A DNA stretch of 64,000 nt. It comes from an uncultured Chloroflexia bacterium. Its GTDB lineage: Bacteria > Chloroflexota > Limnocylindria > QHBO01. The stretch spans positions 288,001-352,000 of the forward strand of contig CAWFCQ010000008.1 in NCBI GenBank assembly GCA_963814375.1, in the 5' to 3' direction. Shown here in pieces: positions 19,662 to 30,119 of the stretch. Under the pieces are notes generated by a model. It did no database searches. It was not told where the DNA came from and saw nothing but the letters and a program-made list of their open reading frames with translations. Every line of letters starts with the position of its first letter. Position 1 is the first letter of the stretch. The position numbers and the translations under genes are program-made.

Positions 19662-20531
19662 ATGACCGATCCGCTGAGGCCCGAACGCCTGGTGCCGCCC
19701 ACGCCCGGCCAGCTGAAGCGGATCATGGGCCTGGAGCGCCTCCGGCCGCGCAAGAGCCTGTCCCAGAACTTCCTGACCGATCCGGAAGCGCTCGACGCGA
19801 TCGTCGCGGCGGCGGAGCTCGTCCCCGGTGACCGCGTCGTCGAGGTCGGTCCAGGGCTCGGCGTCCTGACCCGGCGTCTCCTGGCGGCGGGAGCCACGGT
19901 GCTGGCTGTCGAGCTCGACCCGAACCTCGCCGCCTACCTGCGCCGCGAGCTCGGCGGCATCGACCGCTTCGAGCTGATCGAGGCGGATGCGCTGGCGCTC
20001 CACCCACGCGAGTTTTTCCCCGGCGAGGCGATCAAGGTCGTCGCCAACATCCCGTACCACATCACCAGCCCGCTGCTCCACGCGTTCCTCGAGGGTGACC
20101 GCCCGCCCGAGCTGACCGTCCTCCTCGTCCAGCTCGAGGTCGCCGAGCGAGTCGCCGCACCACCGGGACGGATGAGCTACCTCTCGGTCTTCGTGCAGAA
20201 CGTCACGAGCGCCGAGGTCGTGGCGCGGGTCTCTGCCGCCGCCTTCGAGCCCTCGCCATCGGTCGACTCGGCCATCCTTCGCCTGCGGCGGCGCGACGCT
20301 CCGACGGTCGCGCTCGGACCGCGACGCGACCCGTTCTACCGCACCGTCCAGGCGGGGTTCCGGCAGCGCCGCAAGCAGGTCCACAACGGGCTCGCCCGCG
20401 AGCTCCCGGTCTCCCGCGAGGCCGTTGCGGCCGCCCTCGAGCAGTGTGCCGTCGACCCCGAGCGGCGGCCCCAGACCCTGACGGTCGACGAGTGGGCCTG
20501 CCTGGCAGAAGCACTCGGAGTCGAGCCGTGA
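19662..20531 (+). CDS. rsmA: 16S rRNA m6,2A dimethyltransferase KsgA/RsmA
   Basis: SQNFL, VVEVGPGLGVLT, VVANIPYHIT, F.PSPSVDS, FRQRRK. Confidence 0.95.
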   Translation: MTDPLRPERLVPPTPGQLKRIMGLERLRPRKSLSQNFLTDPEALDAIVAAAELVPGDRVVEVGPGLGVLTRRLLAAGATVLAVELDPNLAAYLRRELGGIDRFELIEADALALHPREFFPGEAIKVVANIPYHITSPLLHAFLEGDRPPELTVLLVQLEVAERVAAPPGRMSYLSVFVQNVTSAEVVARVSAAAFEPSPSVDSAILRLRRRDAPTVALGPRRDPFYRTVQAGFRQRRKQVHNGLARELPVSREAVAAALEQCAVDPERRPQTLTVDEWACLAEALGVEP

Positions 20532-21364
20532 GCGCCCTCAGACTCGAGGCGCCGGCCAAGATCAATCTCTCCCTGCGCATCGTCGGACGGCGGCAGGACG
20601 GCCATCACCTCCTCGATAGCGAGGTCGTTCTCCTCGAACTCGCCGATCAGTTGACCCTCGAGCCGGAAGGATCCGTCCTGCGGGTCACCGGCGACGGCCA
20701 CGACGCCCTGCCTGAGGGAAAAGCCAACCTCGCCTGGCGTGGCCTCCTCGCGGGCAGCGCGGGCCGCACCCCGACGGGATCGCTTCACCTCGAGAAGCGG
20801 ATCCCCGCCGCGGCCGGGCTCGGCGGGGGCTCATCCGATGCGGCTGCCGCCTGGCGGCTCGCGCGCGTCCGGCACGGCTCGGGCGAGGTTCCAGCACCAG
20901 ACGATGTCGAGGAGCTGGCGCGGATCGGCGCCGACGTCCCCTTCTTCGCGGCCCTCGTCGCGGCGGCGCGGGTGACCGGCGTCGGCGAGGGGGTCGAGGC
21001 GACGCCAGCGGATCGGCGGACGGTGGTGCTGATCCACCCACCCTTCGGGCTCTCCACCGCCGCCGTCTTCGCCGAGCTGGTGCCTGCCGACTGGGGTCGC
21101 TCGGAGAATGACCTGCTCGCGCCAGCGCGCCGGCTCCGTCCCGAGCTCGACGATCTCTTCGCTCTCGTCGAGCGCGCCGGGGGCGAGCCGCGTCTCACCG
21201 GCTCTGGGCCGACGATCTTCTGCATCGTCGAGGGTCCGCCGCAGGCTGCCGCGCTCGCCGCCCGACTCGCCGATGCGGGTGCGCGTGCGACCATCACCCA
21301 CACACGAACCGGCCCGACTGCCATACAGACGCTCGACATGACCGACGAGGAGGATGTGCCGTGA
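20528..21364 (+). CDS. ispE: 4-diphosphocytidyl-2-C-methyl-D-erythritol kinase
   Basis: APAKINLSL, KRIPAAAGLGGGSSDAA, IGADVPFF, LTGSGPT. Confidence 0.93.
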   Translation: MSALRLEAPAKINLSLRIVGRRQDGHHLLDSEVVLLELADQLTLEPEGSVLRVTGDGHDALPEGKANLAWRGLLAGSAGRTPTGSLHLEKRIPAAAGLGGGSSDAAAAWRLARVRHGSGEVPAPDDVEELARIGADVPFFAALVAAARVTGVGEGVEATPADRRTVVLIHPPFGLSTAAVFAELVPADWGRSENDLLAPARRLRPELDDLFALVERAGGEPRLTGSGPTIFCIVEGPPQAAALAARLADAGARATITHTRTGPTAIQTLDMTDEEDVP

Positions 21365-21753
21365 CCCAGCGTGAAGCGATCAGTACCGACGGCGCGCCCG
21401 CGGCGGCCGGCCCGTACAGCCAGGCCATCCGCTCCGGCGAGCTGGTTTTCACCGCCGGGCAGCTCGGCATCGACCCCGCCACCGGCGAGCTCGTCGGCGA
21501 CGACGTCGGCCGCCAGGCCGAGCAGGCGCTGGCCAACCTGCGCGCAATCCTGGACGCGGCCGGCAGCGGCCTCGATCGGCTCCTCAAGGTCACCGTCTAC
21601 CTGGCGGACATCGGAGACTGGCCCGCGGTCAACGAGGTCTACGCCCGCGCCGTCCCGGAGCCGTTCCCGGCACGCAGTGCCTTCGCGGTGAAGGACCTGC
21701 CTAAGGGGGCGCTGGTCGAGATCGAGGGCGTCGCCGCGGTCGATGTCGGTTGA
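21361..21753 (+). CDS. ridA: RidA/YjgF family enamine/imine deaminase
   Basis: PAAAGPYSQA, PFPARSAF, LPKGALVEIE. Confidence 0.93.
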   Translation: MTQREAISTDGAPAAAGPYSQAIRSGELVFTAGQLGIDPATGELVGDDVGRQAEQALANLRAILDAAGSGLDRLLKVTVYLADIGDWPAVNEVYARAVPEPFPARSAFAVKDLPKGALVEIEGVAAVDVG

Positions 21754-23242
21754 CGCTGCGAATCGGGCGCCTCTACCATCGCGCAACGTGTCTGCACAGC
21801 TGACCGCCCCAGCGGCCATCGTCCTGGCCGCCGGCCAGGGCACCCGCATGCGCTCCCGCGTGCCGAAGGTGCTCCATCTCCTCGCCGGGCGGCCTCTCAT
21901 CGTCCACGTCCTCGACGCCCTCGCCGAGGCCGGCGTCCCGCGCCCGGTGGTCGTCACCGGCCACGGCGGCGAACAGGTCGAGAGTGCCATCGCGGACCGT
22001 GCGACGACGGCGCGGCAGGAGCCCCAGCGCGGGACGGCGGATGCCGTCCGGATCGGCCTCGCTGCGGTCGGAAGCGGCGCCTCGTCCGTGCTCGTCACCA
22101 TGGGTGACGCGCCGATGCAGCCCGCTGCGCTCTACCGACGCCTCATCGACACGCACACCGCCAGCGGAGCCCCGATCGTGCTCGTCACGGCGCGGCTGGC
22201 CGATCCGGCCGGGTACGGGCGCATCCTTCGTGGCGACGGCGACGCCGTGTCCGCGATCGTCGAAGAGGCCGACCTTGCCGACGACGCGGCCCGGGCGAAC
22301 GACGAGGTCAACGTCGGCACGTACCTGTTCGACCTTGCCTGGCTGCGCGAGGCTATTCAACGCGTCGAGCCGTCGGCGTCCGGCGAGCTGTATCTCACCG
22401 ACCTGGTCGCCATTGCCGCGGGCGATGGCCGGCCCGCTGCGATCGTCGTCGCCGACGACGCGGCCGAGGCGATCGGCATCAACGACCGCGTCGCGCTCGC
22501 GGCGGCCGAGGAGCGGATGCGACGGCGTATCGCCGAGATGCACATGCGCAACGGGGTGACGATCGTCGACCCGGCGACGACGCGGATCGACGCCGGCGTC
22601 GAGATCGGCCAGGACGCCCGCATCGAGCCGTGGACGATCCTCGAGGGCGCGACCGTCATCGCGCAGGACGCGGTGATCGGCCCGCATGCGCACGTCCGCG
22701 ACAGCCGCATCGGCCCGCGCACGCGCGTCTGGTCCAGCGTGGTCGAGGCGTCGAGCGTGGCCGAGGACGTCGAGATCGGGCCGTTCGCCCACCTTCGGCC
22801 GGGAGCCGACGTCGGCGCCCGCTGCCGCATCGGCAACTTCGCGGAGATCAAGAAGAGCCGCATCGGCGCCGGCACGCAGCAGCACCATTTCAGCTACCTC
22901 GGTGATGCCGAGGTGGGGGAGAACGTGAACATCGGCGCCGGATCGATCACCGCCAACTTCGATGGAAGTGCCAAGCATGTGACCGTGATCCACGATCGCG
23001 CCAGCATCGGCGTCGATACCCTCATGGTGGCGCCGGTCACGATCGGCGAGGGGGCCATCACCGGCGCGGGGTCTGTGGTGAACCGCGACGTGGCCGCTGG
23101 CAAGAAGGTCGTCGGCGTGCCGGCCCGCCCGATTGAGCTCAAGCGTGGCGGCGCCTCCCGCCCGTCCGAGGTCGCCAGCGAGGGCTCCGGCGACGCCCCC
23201 GGAACGGCTCCCGTCCCGTCCGGGGCGGAGCGGAACCCGTAG
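21743..23242 (+). CDS. glmU: Bifunctional UDP-GlcNAc pyrophosphorylase/glucosamine-1-P acetyltransferase (start may be 21788)
   Basis: LAAGQGTRMRS..PKVLH, GYGRI, ELYLTD, hexapeptide repeats, GPFAHLRP, HFSYLGDA. Confidence 0.96.
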   Translation: MSVDAANRAPLPSRNVSAQLTAPAAIVLAAGQGTRMRSRVPKVLHLLAGRPLIVHVLDALAEAGVPRPVVVTGHGGEQVESAIADRATTARQEPQRGTADAVRIGLAAVGSGASSVLVTMGDAPMQPAALYRRLIDTHTASGAPIVLVTARLADPAGYGRILRGDGDAVSAIVEEADLADDAARANDEVNVGTYLFDLAWLREAIQRVEPSASGELYLTDLVAIAAGDGRPAAIVVADDAAEAIGINDRVALAAAEERMRRRIAEMHMRNGVTIVDPATTRIDAGVEIGQDARIEPWTILEGATVIAQDAVIGPHAHVRDSRIGPRTRVWSSVVEASSVAEDVEIGPFAHLRPGADVGARCRIGNFAEIKKSRIGAGTQQHHFSYLGDAEVGENVNIGAGSITANFDGSAKHVTVIHDRASIGVDTLMVAPVTIGEGAITGAGSVVNRDVAAGKKVVGVPARPIELKRGGASRPSEVASEGSGDAPGTAPVPSGAERNP

Positions 23243-23301
23243 GGAGGCATCAGCAGCTCGCCCATGCCTGACGGCTCCAGTACCACCGGCAACCCGGTCC
23301 C

Positions 23302-24666
23302 ATGAGCGACCTGTTGGTTGTCATCATCCTCATCCTGGTCGGCGGCTTCTTCGCCGCGAGCGAAATCGCGCTCATCACGGTCAAACGGCATCGCCTCTCG
23401 CAGCTTGCGGACGAGGGAAACGGGCCCGCGCGCACCGCGCAGCGCCTGGTCGAGGATCCCGGCAGGTTCCTCGCCACGATCCAGATCGCGATCACCTTCC
23501 TCGGCTTCCTCGCCGGCGCAACCGGGGCGGCGGCATTCTCCGACCCGTTCGGCGACTTCCTTGCCGATCTCCCGCTCCTGGGGCTCTCCGCAACGACCGC
23601 CGACACCATCGCCTTCGTGATCGTGACCCTCGTCATCGCGCTCGCCTCCATCGTCATCGGCGAGCTGGTGCCGAAGACGCTCGCGCTGAACTTCCCCGAG
23701 CGCTTTGCCCTGCTCGTGGCGCGTCCGATCGGGTTCCTCCAGACGCTCCTCTCGCCGATCGTCTGGCTCGTCTCCCGCATCAGCGCCGTCCTCGTACGAC
23801 TGCTCGGCGGGACGGAGCGGCCGCAGGGCGGCTATCTCTCGACCGAGGAGCTCAAGATCCTGGTCGAGACCGGATCGGAGCAGGGCCAGATCGAGGAGGA
23901 GGAGAAGGAGATGATCCACGGGGTCATCGAGCTCGGGGAAAAGCAGGTCCACGAGGTGATGGTCCCGCGCATCGGCATTCGCGCCATCAACGTCGACGAC
24001 TCGATCGACGCCGTGCTCGAGATGATCGTGGCGGCCGGCCACTCGCGGCTGCCGGTCTTCGAGGAGAGCCTCGACAACATCGTCGGCATCCTCTACGCCA
24101 AGGACCTCCTCCCGTATCTCAAGGGCAACGGCCGCGGGAACGGGCAGATCAATATCCGCCAGATCGTTCGGTCCCCCGTCTACGTCCCGGAGTCGAAGCC
24201 GGTGGACGATCTGCTCCACGAGATGCAGGTCGCCAAGCGCCACATCGCCATCGTGGTGGACGAGTACGGCGGCACAGCCGGCCTCGTGACGATGGAGGAC
24301 GTGGTGGAGGAGATCGTCGGGGAGATCCAGGACGAGTACGACACCGAGGAGTCCGCGGTGGAAGAGATCTCGACCGATGACGAGCTCGCCTTCCGCCTCG
24401 ATGGGCGCGTCAGCATGGACGATCTGCGCGACCTGTTCGACCTCTCGGACGAGGACGAGGACGACGAGGAGGCGTATGACACGGTCGGTGGTTTCGTCGT
24501 GCACCGCGTTGGCCGCATCCCGTTGCCGGGGGCCGAGCTTCCCTTCCGTGACGACGTGACGCTGAGGGTCGAGTCCGCCGAGCCGCGTCGCGTGGCCAAG
24601 GTGGTGGCCTGGCGCACGCGTCGGACCGAGGAGCGCGACGAGGGCGAGCAGTACGAAGCGGGCTGA
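23302..24666 (+). CDS. Hemolysin-like CNNM/CBS/CorC transporter
   Basis: [50 protein letters not shown]. Confidence 0.93.
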   Translation: MSDLLVVIILILVGGFFAASEIALITVKRHRLSQLADEGNGPARTAQRLVEDPGRFLATIQIAITFLGFLAGATGAAAFSDPFGDFLADLPLLGLSATTADTIAFVIVTLVIALASIVIGELVPKTLALNFPERFALLVARPIGFLQTLLSPIVWLVSRISAVLVRLLGGTERPQGGYLSTEELKILVETGSEQGQIEEEEKEMIHGVIELGEKQVHEVMVPRIGIRAINVDDSIDAVLEMIVAAGHSRLPVFEESLDNIVGILYAKDLLPYLKGNGRGNGQINIRQIVRSPVYVPESKPVDDLLHEMQVAKRHIAIVVDEYGGTAGLVTMEDVVEEIVGEIQDEYDTEESAVEEISTDDELAFRLDGRVSMDDLRDLFDLSDEDEDDEEAYDTVGGFVVHRVGRIPLPGAELPFRDDVTLRVESAEPRRVAKVVAWRTRRTEERDEGEQYEAG

Positions 24667-24696
24667 CCGCCGCGCCTCACACGGCGACCGCTTTAC

Positions 24697-25140
24697 TCAT
24701 CGGTTCCTGCGCCAGATCGCGAAGTTGAGGATCGCCGCGAAGCTCACCCATCCGAGGTAGGGGACCATCAGCGCGCCGGCCGACGTCCTCCGTCGAAAGA
24801 AGGCGAACGTGGTCATCGCTATGGCAGCCCACATCACGATGATCTCGACGAGAGCCGCGCCGGGCCGTCTCAGGCCGAAGAAGATCGGGGTCCATGCAGC
24901 GTTCAGGACCAGCTGGACGCCCCACAGCCGAAGCGCGGTGTCCCCGCCGCCGCGGCGATCCACCAGCCACGCCGCGAAGCCCAGGAGCGCGTAGAGGACG
25001 GTCCAGACAGGACCGAAGAGCCACGGCGGAGGACCCCATGAGGGCGTGCGCAGGCGGCGGTAGTAGTCAGGCCCCGCGAAGGGTGCGCCGATGACGGCGG
25101 GCACGAACGCCGCCCCGAGCCACAGCGCGAGTCGTTTCAT
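24697..25140 (-). CDS. tspO: TspO/MBR tryptophan-rich sensory protein
   Basis: PSWGPPPWLFGPVWT, LNAAWTPIFF, PYLGWVSFA. Confidence 0.93.
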   Translation of the reverse strand: MKRLALWLGAAFVPAVIGAPFAGPDYYRRLRTPSWGPPPWLFGPVWTVLYALLGFAAWLVDRRGGGDTALRLWGVQLVLNAAWTPIFFGLRRPGAALVEIIVMWAAIAMTTFAFFRRRTSAGALMVPYLGWVSFAAILNFAIWRRNR

Positions 25141-25150
25141 GCCACCCCTC

Positions 25151-26206
25151 TCAGGCAGCGATTGCCGCCTGGACGAGGACGGTCAGGTCGCGCTTGCCCT
25201 CGGGCAGGCACGGGAGCATCTCGATGTGGCGCAGCGCCAGGTCGCGGAATCGGCGCGCCTCGCCGAGGGCATGCTCGTGGGCGCCGCTTCGCTCGAGGAT
25301 GGCGAGGATCTCGGTGACCTCGTCATCGGTCATCGCACGATCGAGCGCCGGACCACGGCCATCGGTGGCGCCGACGCCGTGCGCGTAGATCTCGATGAGC
25401 CGGGCTCGGTCCGCCTCCGAGGCATGCTCGAGGGCCCAGACCACCGGCAACGTCTTCTTGCGCTTGCGGATGTCGCCGGCCTCGGGCTTGCCGGAGTCCT
25501 CAGAGGCCCAGAACGTGCCCTTGACATCATCGGCGACCTGGAAGGCCATGCCGAGGTCGTACCCGAACTGGCGGTATGCCTCGTGCACGGCGGTGTCGTC
25601 GACGGCCAGGATGGCTCCGGCCTGGACCGATGCGCCGAGCAGTGCGGCCGTCTTCTTGCCGATCATCTCGAAGTAGGCCTCGACGGTGACGTCGTCGCGC
25701 CGCTCGAAGCTGATGTCCAGGTACTGCCCCTCGCACAGCGCCAGGCAGGTCTCGTCGTAGATCTTCATCAGCTCCAGGACGCGCCGGTCCTCGTACTCCT
25801 CGCCCTCGAGGAGCCGGTACAGCGCCAGGCGGCTCAGTGCGAAGAGGGCGTCGCCCGCGTTGATGGCGAGCGGCACGCCCCACAGCGCCCACAGTGTCGG
25901 CCGATGGCGGCGCTCGCGGTCGGCGTCCTCGATGTCGTCGTGGACGAGGCTGAAGTTGTGACCAAGCTCGACGGCGGCGGCGCCTGGGAGCGCCTTGCGA
26001 TAGTCGCCCCCGAGCGACTGGTAGGCGAGGACGCCGAGCAGCGGACGCAGCCGCTTGCCGCCCCGTCCGGCCGGGCCATCGAGACCGAGGTGGTAGGCCA
26101 GCATCTCGTACAACGGCCGCGCGTGCCCACCACGCTCGTTCAGGATGTCGGACATCTCGGACTCGATGTCGGTCAGGATCTGCGTAAACTCGGTCCTGAT
26201 GTCCAC
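25151..26206 (-). CDS. Polyprenyl diphosphate synthase (GGPP synthase type)
   Basis: GGKRLRP, LVHDDIEDAD.RR, AINAGD, GQYLD, KKTA, FQVADD; GTG at 26206 is 6 nt after TACCCT. Confidence 0.92.
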   Translation of the reverse strand: MDIRTEFTQILTDIESEMSDILNERGGHARPLYEMLAYHLGLDGPAGRGGKRLRPLLGVLAYQSLGGDYRKALPGAAAVELGHNFSLVHDDIEDADRERRHRPTLWALWGVPLAINAGDALFALSRLALYRLLEGEEYEDRRVLELMKIYDETCLALCEGQYLDISFERRDDVTVEAYFEMIGKKTAALLGASVQAGAILAVDDTAVHEAYRQFGYDLGMAFQVADDVKGTFWASEDSGKPEAGDIRKRKKTLPVVWALEHASEADRARLIEIYAHGVGATDGRGPALDRAMTDDEVTEILAILERSGAHEHALGEARRFRDLALRHIEMLPCLPEGKRDLTVLVQAAIAA

Positions 26207-26313
26207 CGCCGAAGGGTACCCGACCTCATCGACGAGCCGTGTCATCGCGACGGTCCGGGGGCGTCCATGTCGATCATGATACACGGACGTAGCAGGTTAC
26301 GGGCCGGTCGCCG

Positions 26314-27111
26314 ATGAGCCCTCGGCCGCGCGTCTACAAGACCGAGGCGATCGTCCTCCGCACGATGGACCTCGGCGAGGCGGACCGCGTGCTCAGCGTC
26401 CTCACGCCGCGCCTCGGCAAGCTTCGGGTCATTGCCAAGGGGGTCCGCCGTCCGCGCTCGCGGATCGGGGGTGGGCTCCAGCCGTTCAGCGACGTCCAGC
26501 TCGTGCTCGCGGTGGGCCGGACCTTCGACGTGGTCACCTCCACGTCGCTCGAGGATCCCCATCTCGGCCTGCGCAACGACCTGCACTCCACGGCCGCGGC
26601 CTGGTATGTCATCGAGCTGACCGATCGGTTCTGCGAGGGCGCCGCCGACTCGCACGAGGCGTTCCGCCTGCTGGCCCAGGCCCTCTCGGCCCTCGATGCC
26701 GGCGACGAGGTGTCGCGCGAGGTCGTGGCACGCTGGTTCGAGCTCCACCTGCTCGACGCCATGGGTTTCAGACCCGAGCTATCCCAATGCCTCGAGTGCG
26801 GCGCGCGAGTCGAGCCCGAGGGAAACGCCTACGCCCCGGCAGGTGGCGGGGTGCTCTGCCCGCAGTGCGTCGGCCCGGCGCACTCCGCCCGACCACTTTC
26901 GGCCGATGCGCTCAAGGTCATGCGTCACCTCCAGCGCTCGCCTCTCGTCGGCGTGCTGCGCCTTCGTCTGGCCTCCCCGCTCCAGCGGGAGGTGGAGCGG
27001 CTGCTGCACGCCACCGTCTCGGCCGTGATCGAGCGCGAGCTGCGCACGCGCGACTTCCTCGACGAGGTCGCGGCCCGCGAGGCAGCCGCGGAGACTGCTC
27101 GCACAGCCTGA
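26314..27111 (+). CDS. recO: DNA repair protein RecO
   Basis: [25 protein letters not shown], Zn finger CLEC..CPQC. Confidence 0.95.
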   Translation: MSPRPRVYKTEAIVLRTMDLGEADRVLSVLTPRLGKLRVIAKGVRRPRSRIGGGLQPFSDVQLVLAVGRTFDVVTSTSLEDPHLGLRNDLHSTAAAWYVIELTDRFCEGAADSHEAFRLLAQALSALDAGDEVSREVVARWFELHLLDAMGFRPELSQCLECGARVEPEGNAYAPAGGGVLCPQCVGPAHSARPLSADALKVMRHLQRSPLVGVLRLRLASPLQREVERLLHATVSAVIERELRTRDFLDEVAAREAAAETARTA

Positions 27112-27202
27112 CCCGACGCGGCACCCGGCGGGGCCAGGCCGTCGGCTAGACTCGACCACCCCATCGGTCAACATCCGTCGCACCTGGAGACGCCGACCCG
27201 CC

Positions 27203-28570
27203 GTGCCCGCGCCGAACTTCGACGTCATCGTCAGCCTCGCCAAGCGTCGGGGCTTCGTCTTCCCGTCCAGCGAGATCTACGGCGGCATGGCCGGGTTCTG
27301 GGACTGGGGTCCGCTGGGGGTCGAGCTCAAGAACAACGTGAAGGCCGCCTGGTGGCGCCACATGGTCCAGCTGCGCGACGACGTGGTCGGGATCGAGGCG
27401 TCGATCATCATGAACCCGCGCGTGTGGGAGGCGTCCGGCCACGTGGCGGGGTTCAGCGATCCGATGGTCGACTGCCGCAGCTGCAAGCTGCGCTTCCGCG
27501 AGGACGACCTCAAGGGGCCGCCGTCGGAGATCGCCTGCCCGAACTGCGGCACGAAGGGCTCCCTGACCGATGCGCGCCAGTTCAACCTGATGTTCGCCAC
27601 CCACGTGGGCCCGGTCGCGGACTCGGCGTCGGTCGCCTACCTGCGGCCGGAGACGGCGCAGGCGATGTTCGTGCAGTTCGACAACGTGCTCACCAGCATG
27701 CGGCGCAAGCTGCCGTTCGGAATCGCGCAGATGGGCCGCTCGTTCCGCAACGAGATCACGCCGGGGAACTTCATCTTTCGGCTGCGCGAGTTCGAGCAGA
27801 TGGAGATGGAGTTCTTCGTCCATCCGCGTGAGGAGGATGAGTGGTTCGCCCACTGGGTGGATGCGCGCCACCGGTGGTGGACCGATGTGATCGGGATCGA
27901 TGCCGGCCGGCTTAGACTGCGCCCCCACGACCCCGACGAGCTCAGCCACTACTCGAAGCAGACCACCGACATCGAGTACGAGTTTCCGATCGGCTGGTCG
28001 GAGCTGGAGGGCGTCGCGGACCGCACCGACTACGACCTGCGAGCCCACGCTTCGGCGAGCGGGCGGAAGCTGGAGGTATTCGACGAGCAGAGCGGCGAGC
28101 ACATCGTGCCGTACGTCATCGAGCCGGCGATGGGCGTCGAGCGCGCCGTCCTGACCGCCCTCGTCGACGGCTATACGGAGGAACAGCTCGCAAAGGAGAC
28201 GCGCGTCGTGCTGCGCCTCCGGCCCGAGCTGGCCCCGGTGAAGGCGGCGGTGCTGCCGCTCCTCCGCAACCGGCCCGAGCTCGTCGAGCGCGCGCGCCGC
28301 CTGACTACTGATCTCAAGCAGCACGTCGCCGCGATGTACGACGACACCGCGTCGATCGGGAAGCTCTACCGCCGCCAGGACGAGATCGGCACGCCGTACT
28401 GCATCACCGTCGACGTCGAATCGCTCGATGACGGCGCCGCCACCATCCGCGAGCGTGACTCGATGACCCAGGAGCGTGTCGCGATGGACCTCGTCCCGGC
28501 ACGCGTCGCCGACCTCGTTGCAGGACGGGCAGCGTGGGAGGGCGTGCCGCGCGAGAGGAGCTCACCATGA
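27203..28570 (+). CDS. glyQS: Glycine--tRNA ligase (alpha2 type)
   Basis: SLAKRRGF, YLRPETAQ, FRNEITPGNFIFRLREFEQME, YRRQDEIGTP. Confidence 0.97.
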   Translation: MPAPNFDVIVSLAKRRGFVFPSSEIYGGMAGFWDWGPLGVELKNNVKAAWWRHMVQLRDDVVGIEASIIMNPRVWEASGHVAGFSDPMVDCRSCKLRFREDDLKGPPSEIACPNCGTKGSLTDARQFNLMFATHVGPVADSASVAYLRPETAQAMFVQFDNVLTSMRRKLPFGIAQMGRSFRNEITPGNFIFRLREFEQMEMEFFVHPREEDEWFAHWVDARHRWWTDVIGIDAGRLRLRPHDPDELSHYSKQTTDIEYEFPIGWSELEGVADRTDYDLRAHASASGRKLEVFDEQSGEHIVPYVIEPAMGVERAVLTALVDGYTEEQLAKETRVVLRLRPELAPVKAAVLPLLRNRPELVERARRLTTDLKQHVAAMYDDTASIGKLYRRQDEIGTPYCITVDVESLDDGAATIRERDSMTQERVAMDLVPARVADLVAGRAAWEGVPRERSSP

Positions 28571-28980
28571 CCGACGAGGCAGATGAGGAGGCGATCAGCG
28601 CGGTCCTTCGCGGATTCCATGCGGCTTTCGCGGCCGGTGATGCGGACCGCCTGGCCGATCATTTCACCGACGACGGGCGCATGTACCTGCTCCACAGTGA
28701 GCCGGCGACCAGCCGTGACGCCATCCGCGACCGCTGGCGGGCCGGGTTCGAGCGGGTCGACACCTCGGCCTGGGAGCCCGTTACCGAGCTTACCGAGCTC
28801 CGCGGCGATCGCGCCTTCGCGTTCTCGACCTACACCGAGCGCCTGCTCGATCGGGCAAGCGGCGCGCGCACCCTGGTTCGCGGCCGGCTCGTCCATTGGT
28901 TCGCTCGCGGCGCCGATGGCACGTGGCGCATCGCGCTGCTCATGAACTCGCACTCGCATCCGATGGAGCCGATGGAGTGA
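28567..28980 (+). CDS. NTF2/SnoaL-like (DUF4440) protein
   Basis: FHAAFAAGDADRLADHFTDDG, DGTWRI; ATGA overlap with glyQS. Confidence 0.82.
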   Translation: MTDEADEEAISAVLRGFHAAFAAGDADRLADHFTDDGRMYLLHSEPATSRDAIRDRWRAGFERVDTSAWEPVTELTELRGDRAFAFSTYTERLLDRASGARTLVRGRLVHWFARGADGTWRIALLMNSHSHPMEPME

Positions 28981-29720
28981 GCTCGCTCGACGAGCTCCGC
29001 GTGGCGCTGGGGCGTGGCGACCATGAGCTCGTCCTCCGCCTGACAGACGCGATGCTCGCGGCGCGTCCCGGCGACGACGCGGCGCACGAGTATCGGGCCC
29101 GGGCGCTGCTCGCGATGGGGCGGCTGGCCGAGGCGGAGCGTCACGCTGCCGATGCCGTGCGGCTCGACCCCGAGGAGATCCGATATCGCGAGCTGCTGGC
29201 GCTGATCCTCTCGCGCGAGGGGGCTCATCGGGAGGCCGCGACCGAGTTCGGGCGGCTCGCGCGCAACGATCCACGGCAGACGGAGTGGACCGTGGCCGAG
29301 GCGCAGGAGCGCATCGGTGCCGCCCAGCCGGCGATGGGCGTCGAGGCCGCGCGACGTGCCGTCGCGCTCGAGCCGGCGAACGCCGAGGCCCAGCTCGCGC
29401 TGTCGCGCGCGCTGGTAAGAACCGGAGACGCCCGGGGAGCGCTTCAGGCGGCATCGCGAGCGTGCGACCTCACACCGGGTGACGTTCATGCCCGTGAGGC
29501 GCTGGCCGATGCGCATTGGCTCGCGGCCAACGAGTCCACCGCCTTCGCCGAGTTCCGCGCCCTCGCCGCCGACGTCGATCCATCGGACCGCGAGCGGATC
29601 ACTCGCAAGGCGCGCGCTCTCTACCGCCAGCGTGCGGGAGGTATCGGGCGTCTCGTGGCCGGCATCGGGCCCGTCTTCGATCTGGCGTTCGGTCGCGGCT
29701 GGCTCAGCGTGCGCCGATGA
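28977..29720 (+). CDS. Tetratricopeptide repeat protein
   Basis: TPR-like helices (AVRLDPEE, AVALEPANAEAQLALS, CDLTPGD); GTGA overlap. Confidence 0.8.
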   Translation: MSSLDELRVALGRGDHELVLRLTDAMLAARPGDDAAHEYRARALLAMGRLAEAERHAADAVRLDPEEIRYRELLALILSREGAHREAATEFGRLARNDPRQTEWTVAEAQERIGAAQPAMGVEAARRAVALEPANAEAQLALSRALVRTGDARGALQAASRACDLTPGDVHAREALADAHWLAANESTAFAEFRALAADVDPSDRERITRKARALYRQRAGGIGRLVAGIGPVFDLAFGRGWLSVRR

Positions 29721-30073
29721 GGGCCGGAATCCTCCGAGATCGGCTGGGTGCGGCGCTGGAAGCCGCGATGCGGACGCGCGAGGCCGAGGCGATCGCGCTG
29801 ACGGCCGACCGCACCAAGGCGATGGGGGTTGCGCTCGCCGGGTTCGCCGACGACGCCGAAGTCGACCTCGATACGCTCGAGGTCTCGACGCGCGCCGCCG
29901 CCGTCGTCCTCGGCTTCCATCCTGAGCACGTTCGCCGCCTCATCCGGACCGGTCGTCTGCGGGCGCGTCGCGACGCTGGCGACTACCACATCAGGCTCGA
30001 TGCGCTGTGGCCGCTTCTCGAGCTCCGATACCGCGCTCCAGGGCGCCGCCGAGCCAGGTCGCGCGGGGCGTGA
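29717..30073 (+). CDS. HTH_17 (excisionase-like) DNA-binding protein
   Basis: VSTRAAAVVLGFHPEHVRRLIRTGRLRARR..YHI; ATGA overlap. Confidence 0.78.
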   Translation: MRAGILRDRLGAALEAAMRTREAEAIALTADRTKAMGVALAGFADDAEVDLDTLEVSTRAAAVVLGFHPEHVRRLIRTGRLRARRDAGDYHIRLDALWPLLELRYRAPGRRRARSRGA

Positions 30074-30119
30074 GCGCAGCGGCGGATGACGGCACGCCGG
30101 ATGCAATCCGGCGCGCCCG

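Noticed and set aside
27112-27202. T-box leader for glyQS
   Set aside because: About 90 nt; no GGTGGNACCGCG T-box or terminator.
29717-30073. Prophage excisionase
   Set aside because: HTH_17 domain without an integrase or phage genes; coupled to a housekeeping operon.
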